Assembly (NCBI GenBank): GCA_965644265.1
Contig: OZ286469.1
Span: 46,252,001-46,316,000 of the forward strand
DNA: 64,000 nucleotides
Direction of reading: 5' to 3'
Source: Glycera tridactyla
Lineage: Eukaryota
The translations under genes were made by a program, and so were the position numbers. The notes beneath the pieces are model-generated. The model was not told the origin of the DNA and did not search any database. It saw only the letters and a program-made list of their open reading frames with translations. Of this stretch, positions 12,882-24,040 are shown one piece after another. Positions within the stretch are counted from its first letter, which is position 1. Each line of letters starts with the position of its first letter.

Positions 12882-13297
12882 TACCTACAGTTCCCCTCAG
12901 TGCTATACTGTGACGCTCGTGTGGTGTGTTAGGAGTTTACAAACGATTTTATCATAATTATGTTCACCATCATCACGAGTATTACAAAAATATTTGGAAA
13001 AGAAAATAACCGAGGTTTATCGAACCCAAATGTAACGGGTACTTTTTAAAACACCTATTTGGCAGAACCCGCCCCAATTTGAGATTCGATTGGACGATAA
13101 GTCTGGACGATAAGTGCCTGATGATCAAACCTTGTTTTAGATAATCTGCGTACTTTGAAAAGAATTCACATTGATTTTGCTGCATTTATACAGCGAATTT
13201 GCTTATGTTATCGACTGCCCTCGTGCATGAAACGATAGCGATGCGGCCACCAACAGAATTCTATCTCTCACCTACAAAATTATCCTTTACCTAGTAG

Positions 13298-13741
13298 TAG
13301 TGCTCGGACTGGATTGCAAAAGTGAAGATCGATTAATCGTACTCGTCAGCGATTGATCATCGATTAAATAATAGAAGTTGAGACTCACCTGGCTGATCTC
13401 ACGATGCTGAAGATTTGCTGTGAAATCATAATTTTGTACCAATATTTAAAGGTAATAACCTTTCGAAAGATCATCAAATAATGTCCCTGTACCGACCATT
13501 ACACTTCTAAATTCATTTTCTTGTACTTTATGAGCTCGGTGAAATGTCTGTATCAAATTTGCATGTTCTCACGATGACGAATATATGCTGATGTTAATGA
13601 GATCATCTGAACTCATTCCATATAAGTACCCCAAAAAATCCTGAGTTTTTTGATCGATTATCAAGTTTCCCAATTGATTAATCGAATAAGACCTCTCAAC
13701 GATGCAATAATCGATTTAATCGGGTAATCGTAACAGCAGTA
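13298..13741. mobile_element. 444-bp non-autonomous hAT-type element
   Basis: 8-bp direct duplication CCTAGTAG at 13290-13297 and 13742-13749. Imperfect TIR tagtgct/agcagta. Subterminal ATCGATT(A) motif clusters at both ends. Confidence 0.7.
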
Positions 13742-13899
13742 CCTAGTAGGCCCTTCATGGCTTATCCCCCCGCGTATCTGTCACTATCGTTTAATCCCTC
13801 CACACCTTCTCCTTCTTCCTGTTCCTCTAGGCAACACCTGCTGAAACTCCGAAAGATACGTCTACACAAACTAGGTAATCCTGAGCTTATGCTGCCCCA

Positions 13900-14110
13900 T
13901 CACTGTAAACTTGCTGCCCCATTATATATATTGAACTCACTCCCACCTTCAACATTTGAAGCAAGGAGGCTAATGACTCACTTAATCACTCTCGCAATCA
14001 CACTAGACTGATTTTATATAGTGTTTTTCCTTAACTCCAGTGCCCTTTGAACTCCACGGAGGAAAGACGCTATAAGAGGATACATGATAATAATGATAAT
14101 AATGATATTC
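13900..14110 (+). mobile_element. Possible 3' end of an L2-like LINE with (ATA)n tail
   Basis: gacgctataagag followed by gataataatgataataat resembles L2 3' termini. Confidence 0.35.
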
Positions 14111-15599
14111 TTAGTAGAGCGGAACCACCACAACTAAGTTGACCTTCCTCTGTTTTTTTGTTTGTTTTATTGCCAATCAAAGTATATGGTGTTTGGTGGG
14201 TAATGAGTCAATGAATCCGCCTGGGTCTAGATTAGATATGTTCCTCTATGCCCAGTTGGATGGTAGGAAGTACTTCTCCCTTAGACCTTACCATGCAGAG
14301 CGAGAGGATGCTATATGATAATAATAATAATAATAATATTGATAATAATAATAATTATTATTTTCATTGTTATTAACAGAGCCTTCCAGTAAGCTTCATT
14401 TCAATTCAATCCATACTTGCGCTGTGATGTCGAAATAAGTGCCAGTGACTTTGGGTTTGGGAGTTTTATCTGAGCTGAGCTGCCTATATCCCCTTTGACG
14501 GAGACACGAGGGGTGTAACAATATGGATAAGATAGATAAGATGAGATGTGTCTTGATAACATATCTCCTGTTGTTGATATACCCACATGCAATCCAGTAA
14601 TGCAGACCCACGTGCCCAAATGAATGCATGAGCAGCACCATGTGTCAGGGCAACTAGACCAGTGGTTTCACTGGTACTTTTATTAGGCTCTTATCGAGGA
14701 GATCCGGGTACCATATCTTTCTCTTGGTGGTCAGTAGATGGCGTTTCAACTTGCTAAATGGCTTAGCTCAGGCTGACTTATCACAAGCCATACCTGGCAT
14801 GGGGAGCCGCAGCCATAGATAGGCCATTTGAGTGGCAAACCATATGCCATTGCTGTCATATCCTGCTGGAATAGGGCCATTTGGTCATGTATACTGGGGA
14901 ACGGTCATAGTCCGGTGGCTTAGCGTCAAATTTTGACCAAATCGTTACAGACCGGACTAAAGCAACAAACTTTGCATACGTGTAGTATAGGCACTGGGTA
15001 ATCATTCTGGAGGCGGGTGCCCGGGCCTGGCCCTCTGGATGAAGGTCAGGTCAAGGTCAAAGGTCGAAGGGTGCATTTTTGGGCTTGGATTGAGTATGTC
15101 ATTCAAAGATCATTTCTGCTTCGAAAATCTTATTGGAATTGTTTGTAAACAATATTATCAGGGTATAATGGATGATGAATTATTGAATTTTCATGCGGTT
15201 ATCTATTGGCTATTTTGAAATTTAGCCATTTTGGACAATAATAAGCAGTAATTATCAAATAAATCCATGGTAAATATTGCTGACTTGAACTCAGCAATCG
15301 CTTTCACCCATCTGCTTCATTTCTTTCATATATTTGATGTTTAGCTCAAATATCCTGAAAATATATGATGTCAGGCTGAAGCAGGGTGTTTAGGCAAAGT
15401 GGTAAAACATCGGAGCCAAATGGTTTTGAAGAATCAAAAAGAGGAAATATACCTGTGCAATTATCAATTGAACTCCATCATTTGAATTGCTAGCAATTTA
15501 GACATCAGTCATTCAATACATATACTTTTATATATATTTTTCAATCGTTTTAAACTAATTTTTCGACCTTTTTGAACCAATATTTGTAAAGACTCTTGG

Positions 15600-16678
15600 G
15601 GCCTTTGATGACATAGATCCTAATTTGAGTTCTGCCACAGCACTGGGATCTTTCCGTTCCCAAGAATTGACAACCCTAGAACCTGCAATCATAATTCCCC
15701 TTCAATGTGATGTTGGCCCATCCACACAATCAGTCAGATTGATTTTGCAAAGAAAGAGTAGAATGCTTGGTCTGAACATAGCATCCCACTTATGATATCA
15801 AAGGAATGATCATCAAAGATGAAAACATCTTGGTCAGCTCACAATGCAGCTTGACATCCTGACGCAAACAACCCACTTGGTATCACTGGCCTTCTTCCAT
15901 AGTTCTTCAAGGAAGCAGCTACAACTTAAATGATTAGGCATGGGATGCAGATATTGATGCAGCCTACGGAATATTTCAATCCAGGTCAAATCCTGGTAAT
16001 TGCTCTTGATCAGTCACTTTTTGCTTTGGCTAAATATGTTCAGTTGACCTGGCCACCAAAACTATTTGGAGAGGCTGCAATCGTAATAAAGTTTAGAGGG
16101 CTGCACATAGAAATGGCTCTATGGAGAATGATGAACCCCTTGTTGGAGGGAAGTGGTAGTACAATCGCTCTGAGTGAAGCTGGTATTGCTCCTGCCGGAA
16201 CTGCAGACTCATCACTTCATGTGGCTCATTCAGACTGCATTAGAAATGCCCATTAGGTCACTGCTCAGTACAGCAAAAAAGTCCTTAAAAAAATGGCAGT
16301 GGGTGACATACTCATTTGATACATTGGAGCAGGAGATGTGTTCCATAAGCCCTACATTCAAGAACTTGGTTCTCTACCCTTGGCCATCAGATGTATCTCG
16401 ATGGATCCCTGTACATATCACAGACATGAAGACATTGCCTTAGGGTATTAGAAAGAAACTTGAACAATTTTGGAACTTCCCAAAGACACAAAAAATTCTC
16501 CATCATGCCAACTGGATTGACTGAGAATCCTGTATCACTGAAAGGATATATGGTTTCCGGGCCAGAGCAAGCCAATTGCTCACAGAGTTTAAGAAACAAT
16601 ACATGCCCAAAGATAAAGTGGACTATCAGTGCCATGACCAATGGTTTTGCCACAGATTTCTTGGTCATTGCGAGAGAG
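15600..16678 (+). pseudogene. Academ-type transposase remnant, segment 1
   Basis: SWSAHNA, LLP, MIRHGM, NPGQILVIALDQSLFALAKYVQ, RGLHIEMALW, LLEGSG, SRWIPVHITDMKTLP, GLTENPV, GPEQA; several stops and frameshifts. Confidence 0.75.
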
Positions 16679-17021
16679 AATTGAATTGAAAAACTTTTAT
16701 TTTGAATCGTCATTACAATTAAACATGTATAATACAATATTCATTTTCAGGTAGACGATATATACATTTCACATTCAATATTTTCCCAGACAATGATAAT
16801 GATTATGAGGATGCAATGGTTCAATGATGAGATGATGAATGGTCATTTTCAAACAAATATTTACTGTCGTTTGTTTTCTGTCGTGGGGGCCAGATTATCG
16901 GCATCTTGGTATGAAGATTATGCAGCAGATATGACAACAGATATTGTAGACAATATATGACAATATAATTGCTGATACCCAGAGGGAAATCATTAGATAC
17001 CACTGGGATAACAGGTACATA

Positions 17022-20000
17022 TCACGGTGGTCGAAGCCTTTTGATGTAGCTTTTGAAGGAATCAGGTTTCATGACATCAATTTCTGGATTGTTACTAACA
17101 AAAAGATTCCAGCGCCTGGCTGCCCGGTACCTAAAGTTTTTTTCGCACAGAGAGTACTTGACTTTCTTCACCCTCACCAGGGGTCTGCATCTAGATCTCG
17201 TCGAGTGATTATGGTTTACATCTAGTAGCTCACAGATAGGACTGCAAGTATAGTGTCCTACCAATGTGTTGTTCACATGCACCAGTTCATGCTCATTTCG
17301 TCTCGACGCTAGTGGTTGCAAGCCTAGCTCAGAGTGAAGTTGAGCTGTACTGTAATGTCTCGGTTTGACCGCTATATGGCGCATTGCCATATTTTGTATT
17401 TTTTGTAATGCATACGTATCCCTCTGACACAAACAATTAAAGACAATATCGCCAAAATCGAAAATTGGTAGTACAAGGGTTTTGTACAACATGAGAGCCA
17501 TTCCCTTTTTTAACACAGGCCTTAGTCTCCCAAGCGTTCCAGTTTTGGCTATTGTTTTGGCTTTCACGTGAGTAACGTGGTGTTTGAAACTTAGTATAGG
17601 ATCCAAGACTACACCAAGATACTTCATTTTTTCTACATATTTAATGGTTGTATTTCCAACCTTAACATTTACTGAATCAAATTGAGTTACCTTGCTGGGG
17701 AGTCCAAGGACCATGATATTTGTTTTGGTCAGGTTGAGTGATAATTTGCTTTTTTCATCCAGTAGGTGACTATGCACATGACAGTATTCAGGGATGTCTC
17801 CATTTCCATGGCGTCCTGTGATGTGACACTAATGGCTGTATCGTCAGCATAAAGCTGGCAAGATAAATCATATGGCAATACAATTGACAGGCTTTGGTTC
17901 AATGTAGAATCAGGTATGGCATTTCTCAAGTGGTAGGGAAGGTCGTTTATGTATAGGCTGAAGAGTAGCGGTCCTAGAATGGAGCCTTGCGGAACACCAC
18001 ACCTGATCGGTAGAGGGTTGGACTTCAATGTACCCAATCTTGTTTCACAATATCTGCATGACAAATAAGACTCTAATAATTGAAGAGAGTTGAAGTCCAA
18101 TCCAAATCTCGATAATTTCCGGATTAAGAGCGCATGATCCACCGTGTCGAAGGCCTTCTTTAGGTCCAGGAAGATCGTCCCAGTGGCACTCCCCCGCTCC
18201 ATACCTTGATAAACATTATCGAGATATTCAAGCAGGCAAGTGCCAGTCGAACGACCCCTCCTGAACCCTGACTGCTCCCGACACAGCAGATTCATGCGCT
18301 CAAGATAACTGTACAACTGATTATGCAGCAATCTTTCCAAAATTTTACTCGATGGTGAGAGCAGACTGATTGGTCTGTAGTTATTTGGCTTTTCATGGGA
18401 TCCATCTTTATACAGGGGTATAACTGTGGCTGTTTTCCATAGGGTTGGAAAAGTACAATTTTTTATGATCATGTTATATACAAAGGTTAAAATAGGTGTC
18501 AATACTTCCCTGCATTCCACAATAACTCTGACCGGAATGCCGTCCTCTCTCCCTGACTTGTTGGTTGATAGTTTCTTGATAATATCTGATACATCTGTTT
18601 CACATACACTTTGGAAAACAAAGGTGCTGTCAAGATCATGATTGAAGCAGTCCAGCGGGTCACCGGTTACCTCCTGTATTTGCTCAGATAGGGTTGTGCC
18701 AATGTTTGCAAAATACGTATTTAGCGCTTCCACTATGTCATTCGGATCTGTCTTGTCGTTGATTTTATTAATAAAAGTACTACTCTTGTTATCTTTCCAG
18801 AAGTTACGTATTGATTTCCAGAGCTTCCTGGGGTTGTCTTTATTCATCAGGAGCTCATTTTCCAGATATTCTCTTTGTAGATTTGTTTTCATTCTTTTTG
18901 TTGCAGTTAATAGTCTGCGTTTTTCTAACAGATTTGTAGGTGTCGGTTCCATTTTGTAGACATGACTGGCCTTTTCGCGGTCTCTGACCAGATCCAGGAA
19001 CTCACCGGTGACCCAATCTGGACTGTCTTCTTGTACAATGTAGCGTTTGAGGGGGATGTGCTTATCAACTATTTGCCCAATTCTACGGAAAGTATCCCGC
19101 ACAGTCTCATCTACATTTTCGCCCCCTGCATTAGAATTTGAGTCGTGTAGATTTATCTTACATTGTTCTATCTCACAGGAGATTGCGGCATAATTTGCTT
19201 GTTTGAAATTACGTAAGTGAATATATTTTTTCTTTTTAGACTTCCTTCCTTTCTTCCTAGTGGTAAAAATTAAACAATGATCCGATAAGCCTAAATCAAC
19301 GGCTCCCGCCATACGGTACAAAGTAGGATCAGATATATAAATGTGATCAATGCAGGATGATGTTGAACATGTGACTCGTGTTGCTACATTGAGTAGCTGC
19401 TGTAATTGGGTCGACTCACAGAAGTCTTGTACTGTGCGCTTCCCGACGCCTTGCTTCAAGACATCTTGATTCAAGTCGCCTAAGATTACAAAATCACAGT
19501 TTTCATGTGTGCGAATATCGAGAATCTTATTTTCAAGCAATTCATAGGCATTTTTCGGGATACCTTCAGGCGGACGGTATACACTTGCGATATACGTGGG
19601 TTTAGTATATGGGAGACTAAACTTGCACCAGATGCATTCAATGTCGTCGTTACATATTGTCCAGTCTGCCATATACTCTACCATCCTATCTTGTCTATAA
19701 TACATGACTAAACCGCCTCCTCCTTTTGAACCAGACCCTCTATTTCTGTCGGAGCGCACGAATCTATATCCAGGTATCTGGAGTTCATGATCATTGATGC
19801 TGTTATTTAAGAAGGTTTCACCAAGGCTCAAAAAATCTAGTTCACTATTCCTTAGTAAAATACGAATATCTGCTATCTTGCGGACTATGCTACGTACGTT
19901 AAGATATGCAAAGCCAACTCCGTTAAGCCGACTGAGGTCTTTCGAGCATGACACTTGATCTATATTATCTTGTGTGATATTCGGGAGCCTGGTCTTTTGA

Positions 20001-20125
20001 GTTGTTGTTCTTACTAGTGGAGGATTAATAATATCGTTAAGGTCCCGCCAACCCGGCGAAATAACTGAATGACCATTTGGTGATAGATGGTGATGGGATG
20101 ATACGATTGGGAACATATATTTCAC
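17022..20125 (-). CDS. LINE ORF2: apurinic-type endonuclease plus reverse transcriptase (~1030 aa, one frameshift near 17750)
   Basis: APE motifs LNVRS, LGETFL, SVYRPP, LGDLN, CIDHIY, SDH. RT motifs YRPISLL, QSGFR, FLDLKKAFDTVDH, GVPQGSILGPLLF, YADDT, KYLGV. C-terminal LPIFDFGD and HSTR. The two track ORFs 17729-20125 and 17022-17777 join if the A6 run at 17755-17750 were A7. Confidence 0.95.
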
Positions 20126-21133
20126 TAACTATGTTAGCAATGTCGTATATAATATAGAGAAAGATAATATGTAACTATTGGATTCTATGAGTATTAACTT
20201 TAGTGAGGGGGCGCGTATAGATTGGTTGTATTGTATCGTTTGTTTCTATAATAGATGGGGGGTGGAAGGGAGGATTATTATAGTGACCACATGTCTACCT
20301 TGATACATGTAAACTGAGAATGCTATAAATTAAATGGCTACAAATGAAAATCGCATTTAGTGATAACACAGTAAACAAGTAGCAATAAACACATTGTAAG
20401 ATGGATAATTTCCGATAATACAATATCATGGTATGTGATAATGTTGACGTCATCGGTTATGATGACTTCTGGTGTTGGAAGACAACTACTATAGTACATG
20501 CTGTCCCCGCTAGGTGCACGAGCGTAGGACCCCAGTGTGCCTCATTGTGCGCTCATTCTGAATATTCTCTCCAGCTCTCTCATTCACTCGTTTACACCTT
20601 TCTGTTACTTTCCATCACTTCCAACTAGCTGCACATCCCTTTCAGTTTCATTGATCATTCCATCACCTTATTCCATACATTCGCATATCTCTTGCTCACT
20701 TATTCTCTTTCAATCTTTTGCTCCATCCCGCTCACACGATTCCACTCATCCGCAAATCTCCTGCTCTCTCGTTCACTTTTCATTCTTTACCACACGCCTC
20801 TTACATACACTATCAATCTTATTACGAGGTGTATTCCACTTGTCCTTCCCCTCGACCATAGAACTGCCTGTTTCCCGCGTCACATAGACACATTTACATC
20901 ACATGCCAGTGAGTATATATACATGTTGACATACAAGTGAAATAATATTCATGTTTTGTGGTAATATCAGGAATACTCTCACAAGTTCCAAGAGCAACGC
21001 GTTTAGCCTTTGCTGCATTTGCTATGCCGTAACAAGGCTTTTCGTATTGGAGAAATAATGGAGAAATAATGATCACACGTGCTGCATCTCTGCACCCCTT
21101 TTCAGGATGCCACGATTCCATGACTAAGCCCTA

Positions 21134-22180
21134 CTAGGGAGATGCTGGAGTTGCAGCAGGTGCGGTCATGTTATCACCAACATCACATAATGCTGGCAAA
21201 TTCTGATTACAGTTAACATTAGTTTTTTTGCTACGTTTTGGTCTTGGTTGCTTGTTGGAGTGCAATTTTGCAGCATTTTCGCGGATGAATGCATCATAGG
21301 GAGCTCCAATCATATCAATCAGCATTGCGTTATAACCCTTGTAGTTAAGATGTACATTGTCAAATTCCACGAAGCTTGGGAGCACGTGCCCATACTCCCT
21401 CGGTGTAGGATTTGCCCTTCGTTTTGTTTTGAAGGTAACAGCTGTGCCAGGGGTGCTGTGTGTGGTAATGTATGTGCGGGTAGTGTAAATGTAGTGTATG
21501 TCTACGCCAGTGGTAATTTTGCTATCATGCCGAATGTAGTTGTCAATTGCTACAGCAGCCTGCTTTGCTTCGTTGCTCCACCCGTTTCTCCATATGATGG
21601 GAACGTGGAACAGTGTAGAGTACGGAAAGCAAGCATGCAACATTTTGATACCAACATCTATTCTTGGAAATAGTCGTAACAAAAATTTTTCTTGTTTGTC
21701 TCTGACCAGTCGCTTTTGTATACGAGGATCTATATGCTCGACATCTTTCAAGGAAGTATTGAAGTTCCCAACATCATTAGATCCCAGGACCACAATGACA
21801 GAATTTGGATGAATATTGGCATGCTGGATCTTTGAGAAGGTATTTCTATTCTTGAGATATCTGGTCTTACTGATAAAATCTCCATGGAATTCTTCCATGA
21901 AATATTCCCATGTTGAGCCGCTGATACCGAAGAATTTCCATTTCGCTACACACTCCTTAATTCGATGGGGCGTTACCAGTGGGACACTACTGCCTAGCCT
22001 ACGAGCGTGGCTGGAACCGATTATGAGCACACAAGGGTCGCCGGTGGCCTCGATATCACACCTTCTACTGTAAACTGGGCAGAATTGCTCAGGCGTATCG
22101 AGTCTCGATTCAGCAAGTGCGTCAAGTTCTTCTTTCGATTTCTGCGAGGAGAGAGGGAAAGCAGTTAGATTAGTGGACAT
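21134..22180 (-). CDS. Stand-alone SGNH/GDSL-type hydrolase (esterase) ORF, ~348 aa from ATG 22180
   Basis: Blocks I IIGSSH, II GISGS, III VLGSNDV and V DNVHLNYKGY appear in the correct order. Uninterrupted ORF lying between ORF1 and ORF2 on the same strand. Confidence 0.85.
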   Translation of the reverse strand: MSTNLTAFPLSSQKSKEELDALAESRLDTPEQFCPVYSRRCDIEATGDPCVLIIGSSHARRLGSSVPLVTPHRIKECVAKWKFFGISGSTWEYFMEEFHGDFISKTRYLKNRNTFSKIQHANIHPNSVIVVLGSNDVGNFNTSLKDVEHIDPRIQKRLVRDKQEKFLLRLFPRIDVGIKMLHACFPYSTLFHVPIIWRNGWSNEAKQAAVAIDNYIRHDSKITTGVDIHYIYTTRTYITTHSTPGTAVTFKTKRRANPTPREYGHVLPSFVEFDNVHLNYKGYNAMLIDMIGAPYDAFIRENAAKLHSNKQPRPKRSKKTNVNCNQNLPALCDVGDNMTAPAATPASP

Positions 22181-22553
22181 GGAAAACAACTAGAGTAGGG
22201 TAATCAACTAGAGTACATACTTCTGACATACTTCTGACGCGACTTGCCTGCAGGGTAAGTGCTGGTATGTTTCATTCGAGTAGCTTGTCGTGGCGCATGG
22301 TCACATTGCATGCCTGACTGAATGTAATGAGAGAGAGCTCGGCTACACGCTAGATAGTTGTTCATACATGGTCACTGTACTCACTTGGGCATGGTGAGTA
22401 AAGCAATGTCAAGAGGTCGGAAATGTTATGCTAGAAATCGGCAGTTTTGAGAGGAGAGCGTTTGTAACTTACTTTTTCAAATGACGCCAGTTCCGTGTTA
22501 TCTATGCGATAGTTTTCGACTTTCTTGATTGCAGTCATTTTCGCGATAGTTTG

Positions 22554-23780
22554 TTAGCCCATGGACGGACTGAGGCTTCCGAACTTATTTGACAGTTCAA
22601 TACTGTCAGCACCATTCAATTCACGGAAGATATGCCTTCCACCTCGCGATTTGGGCAACACATATTCGCCATCTAGTGCCGCGTTACGTGTTGTCACTGC
22701 TTCGGTAGGTGGCGCACCTTTTGTATTACCATCAGTTATTGTAGCGTCCTTGTTTGAATTGTAGGTATTCAGCCATTTCTGCAAACAACCGAATTCTTTC
22801 GCATGTTTTAGTAGTGATGCTTCTGGCAGCGGTCGATCTTCTCTATACGGTTGCCGCCTGCGAGAAAATTGCCGCGGTTTTTTCCCAGTATTTTCACTAG
22901 ATTCGACAGTTTGTTTCACACTTTTGCCGCTGATTGGGTCTTCGATCCCATCCTTCATGTCAATCGGTTTTTTGCAAATGTCTGCTAGTCTTTGTAGTGA
23001 GAAGAGTGGTAGTTTGTTCGGCTTTTTATCTTTTGCGGCGAAAATTCGCCCATCGCGAGTCCACACCCTGTCTAGCTGACCATCTACTTTCGCTTGACGC
23101 GCTTGTCTGAATATAGCCCCCTCCTTTTCAGTGAGCTGTTCCCGGAAAAAAATTGTTGTGTTTTTGGGGTTCCCCTTTCTGATAAGTATGTCCTTTCGAA
23201 TATTCTCATTAATAAATCTATTGCGAACAGGGCGTGCTTTATCTTTCCCAAGCAGGGGGCCAAAGCGAGATACCTGGACTATGTCTGATTTTGCTAAGTT
23301 TAATTTGGTGCGCTCATTTATGATATGGAGGACTTGGTCTATCAGTATACGGTCTTTGTCGTATGGTAGGCCGTCCATGATCAGAGTCGTCAGTCTGTCA
23401 TTTTTCTCAAGAATATCTATCTTTCCCCCATGTTTTTCAACCCTGCTATCAATACAATCGATTTTCTGATCATGAATGGAGATTCTATCAGCAACAGATG
23501 TCATGCAGGTAGTGAGTTTTGTCACCTGGTCTATCAGTTCAGGAGGACAGCTCTGTTCTTTTCTATTTTTGAGTTCATTCCCTATCTTAGTCATCAGATC
23601 ATGAATGCGCTCATCGGATTTCCTGAACCTGTCCTCATGGCTATCTACAGTTTTAGCCATCTCATTCACAGCATTCAACACAACCTGGTTTGCATGTTCA
23701 TCCTGTTTCCTGGCAACATCAATCGATTCTTCTACATATCGCTCTAGATGGTCATTCCAATCTTCTCGAAAATCAGAAAT
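22554..23780 (-). CDS. LINE ORF1 (coiled coil plus L1/transposase-22-like RRM and CTD), 5' end truncated
   Basis: Heptad-rich N-terminal part, then LIMDGLP, IVQVSRFG, RPVRNRF, FFREQLT, VWTRDGRIF. The frame stays open upstream of the track start to about 23780, where Academ sequence takes over. Confidence 0.8.
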   Translation of the reverse strand: MSDFREDWNDHLERYVEESIDVARKQDEHANQVVLNAVNEMAKTVDSHEDRFRKSDERIHDLMTKIGNELKNRKEQSCPPELIDQVTKLTTCMTSVADRISIHDQKIDCIDSRVEKHGGKIDILEKNDRLTTLIMDGLPYDKDRILIDQVLHIINERTKLNLAKSDIVQVSRFGPLLGKDKARPVRNRFINENIRKDILIRKGNPKNTTIFFREQLTEKEGAIFRQARQAKVDGQLDRVWTRDGRIFAAKDKKPNKLPLFSLQRLADICKKPIDMKDGIEDPISGKSVKQTVESSENTGKKPRQFSRRRQPYREDRPLPEASLLKHAKEFGCLQKWLNTYNSNKDATITDGNTKGAPPTEAVTTRNAALDGEYVLPKSRGGRHIFRELNGADSIELSNKFGSLSPSMG

Positions 23781-24040
23781 TTACTAGTGACTCACATGAC
23801 TGTGCTGATCAGTCGATTGTAACCACCATACAAACACTTGGAGCTCTTAGGAAACTATGGTATTCCTCACATGTGAAGGAGGTTCTTGTTGACAGCAACG
23901 TCACTATTCATAAACCATTTGAGAGAAATCATATCCTCATCTCCAAAAAACTGACTGCAAGTGGGCAAACATGAAGCAGCAGCTTGAAGATATCAAGGAT
24001 AACTATAGAATGTTCAGTCAGCTATTCATATCATGTCAGG
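23765..24040 (+). pseudogene. Academ-type protein remnant, segment 2
   Basis: DSHDCADQSIVTTIQTLG...VKEVLVD...IHKPFERN...RMFSQLFISCQ, the expected continuation of segment 1. Confidence 0.7.

Larger units (their letters stand above)
16679..23770 (-). mobile_element. CR1/L2-group (L2/Crack/Daphne-like) LINE, 5'-truncated in ORF1, three-ORF layout
   Basis: On the minus strand: ORF1, SGNH ORF, APE-RT ORF2, ~340-bp 3' UTR, AATAAA (16701-16696) and a short (TTCAA) tail at about 16679-16690. Academ coding sequence resumes on both flanks. Confidence 0.88.

Noticed and set aside
17729-17777. Programmed ribosomal frameshift in ORF2
   Set aside because: It falls inside the RT domain, has no X XXY YYZ slippery site with an evident downstream structure, and a one-base indel or error explains it more simply.
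21134-22189. Bacterial contamination or horizontally transferred GDSL lipase gene
   Set aside because: It is embedded between LINE ORFs inside a eukaryotic transposon, with no ribosome-binding site or operon context; relatives in eukaryotic retroelements are a simpler source.
18426-23787. Plus-strand ORFs overlapping the LINE (e.g. 21248-21673, 23131-23469)
   Set aside because: Antisense shadows of real minus-strand ORFs with no recognisable motifs.
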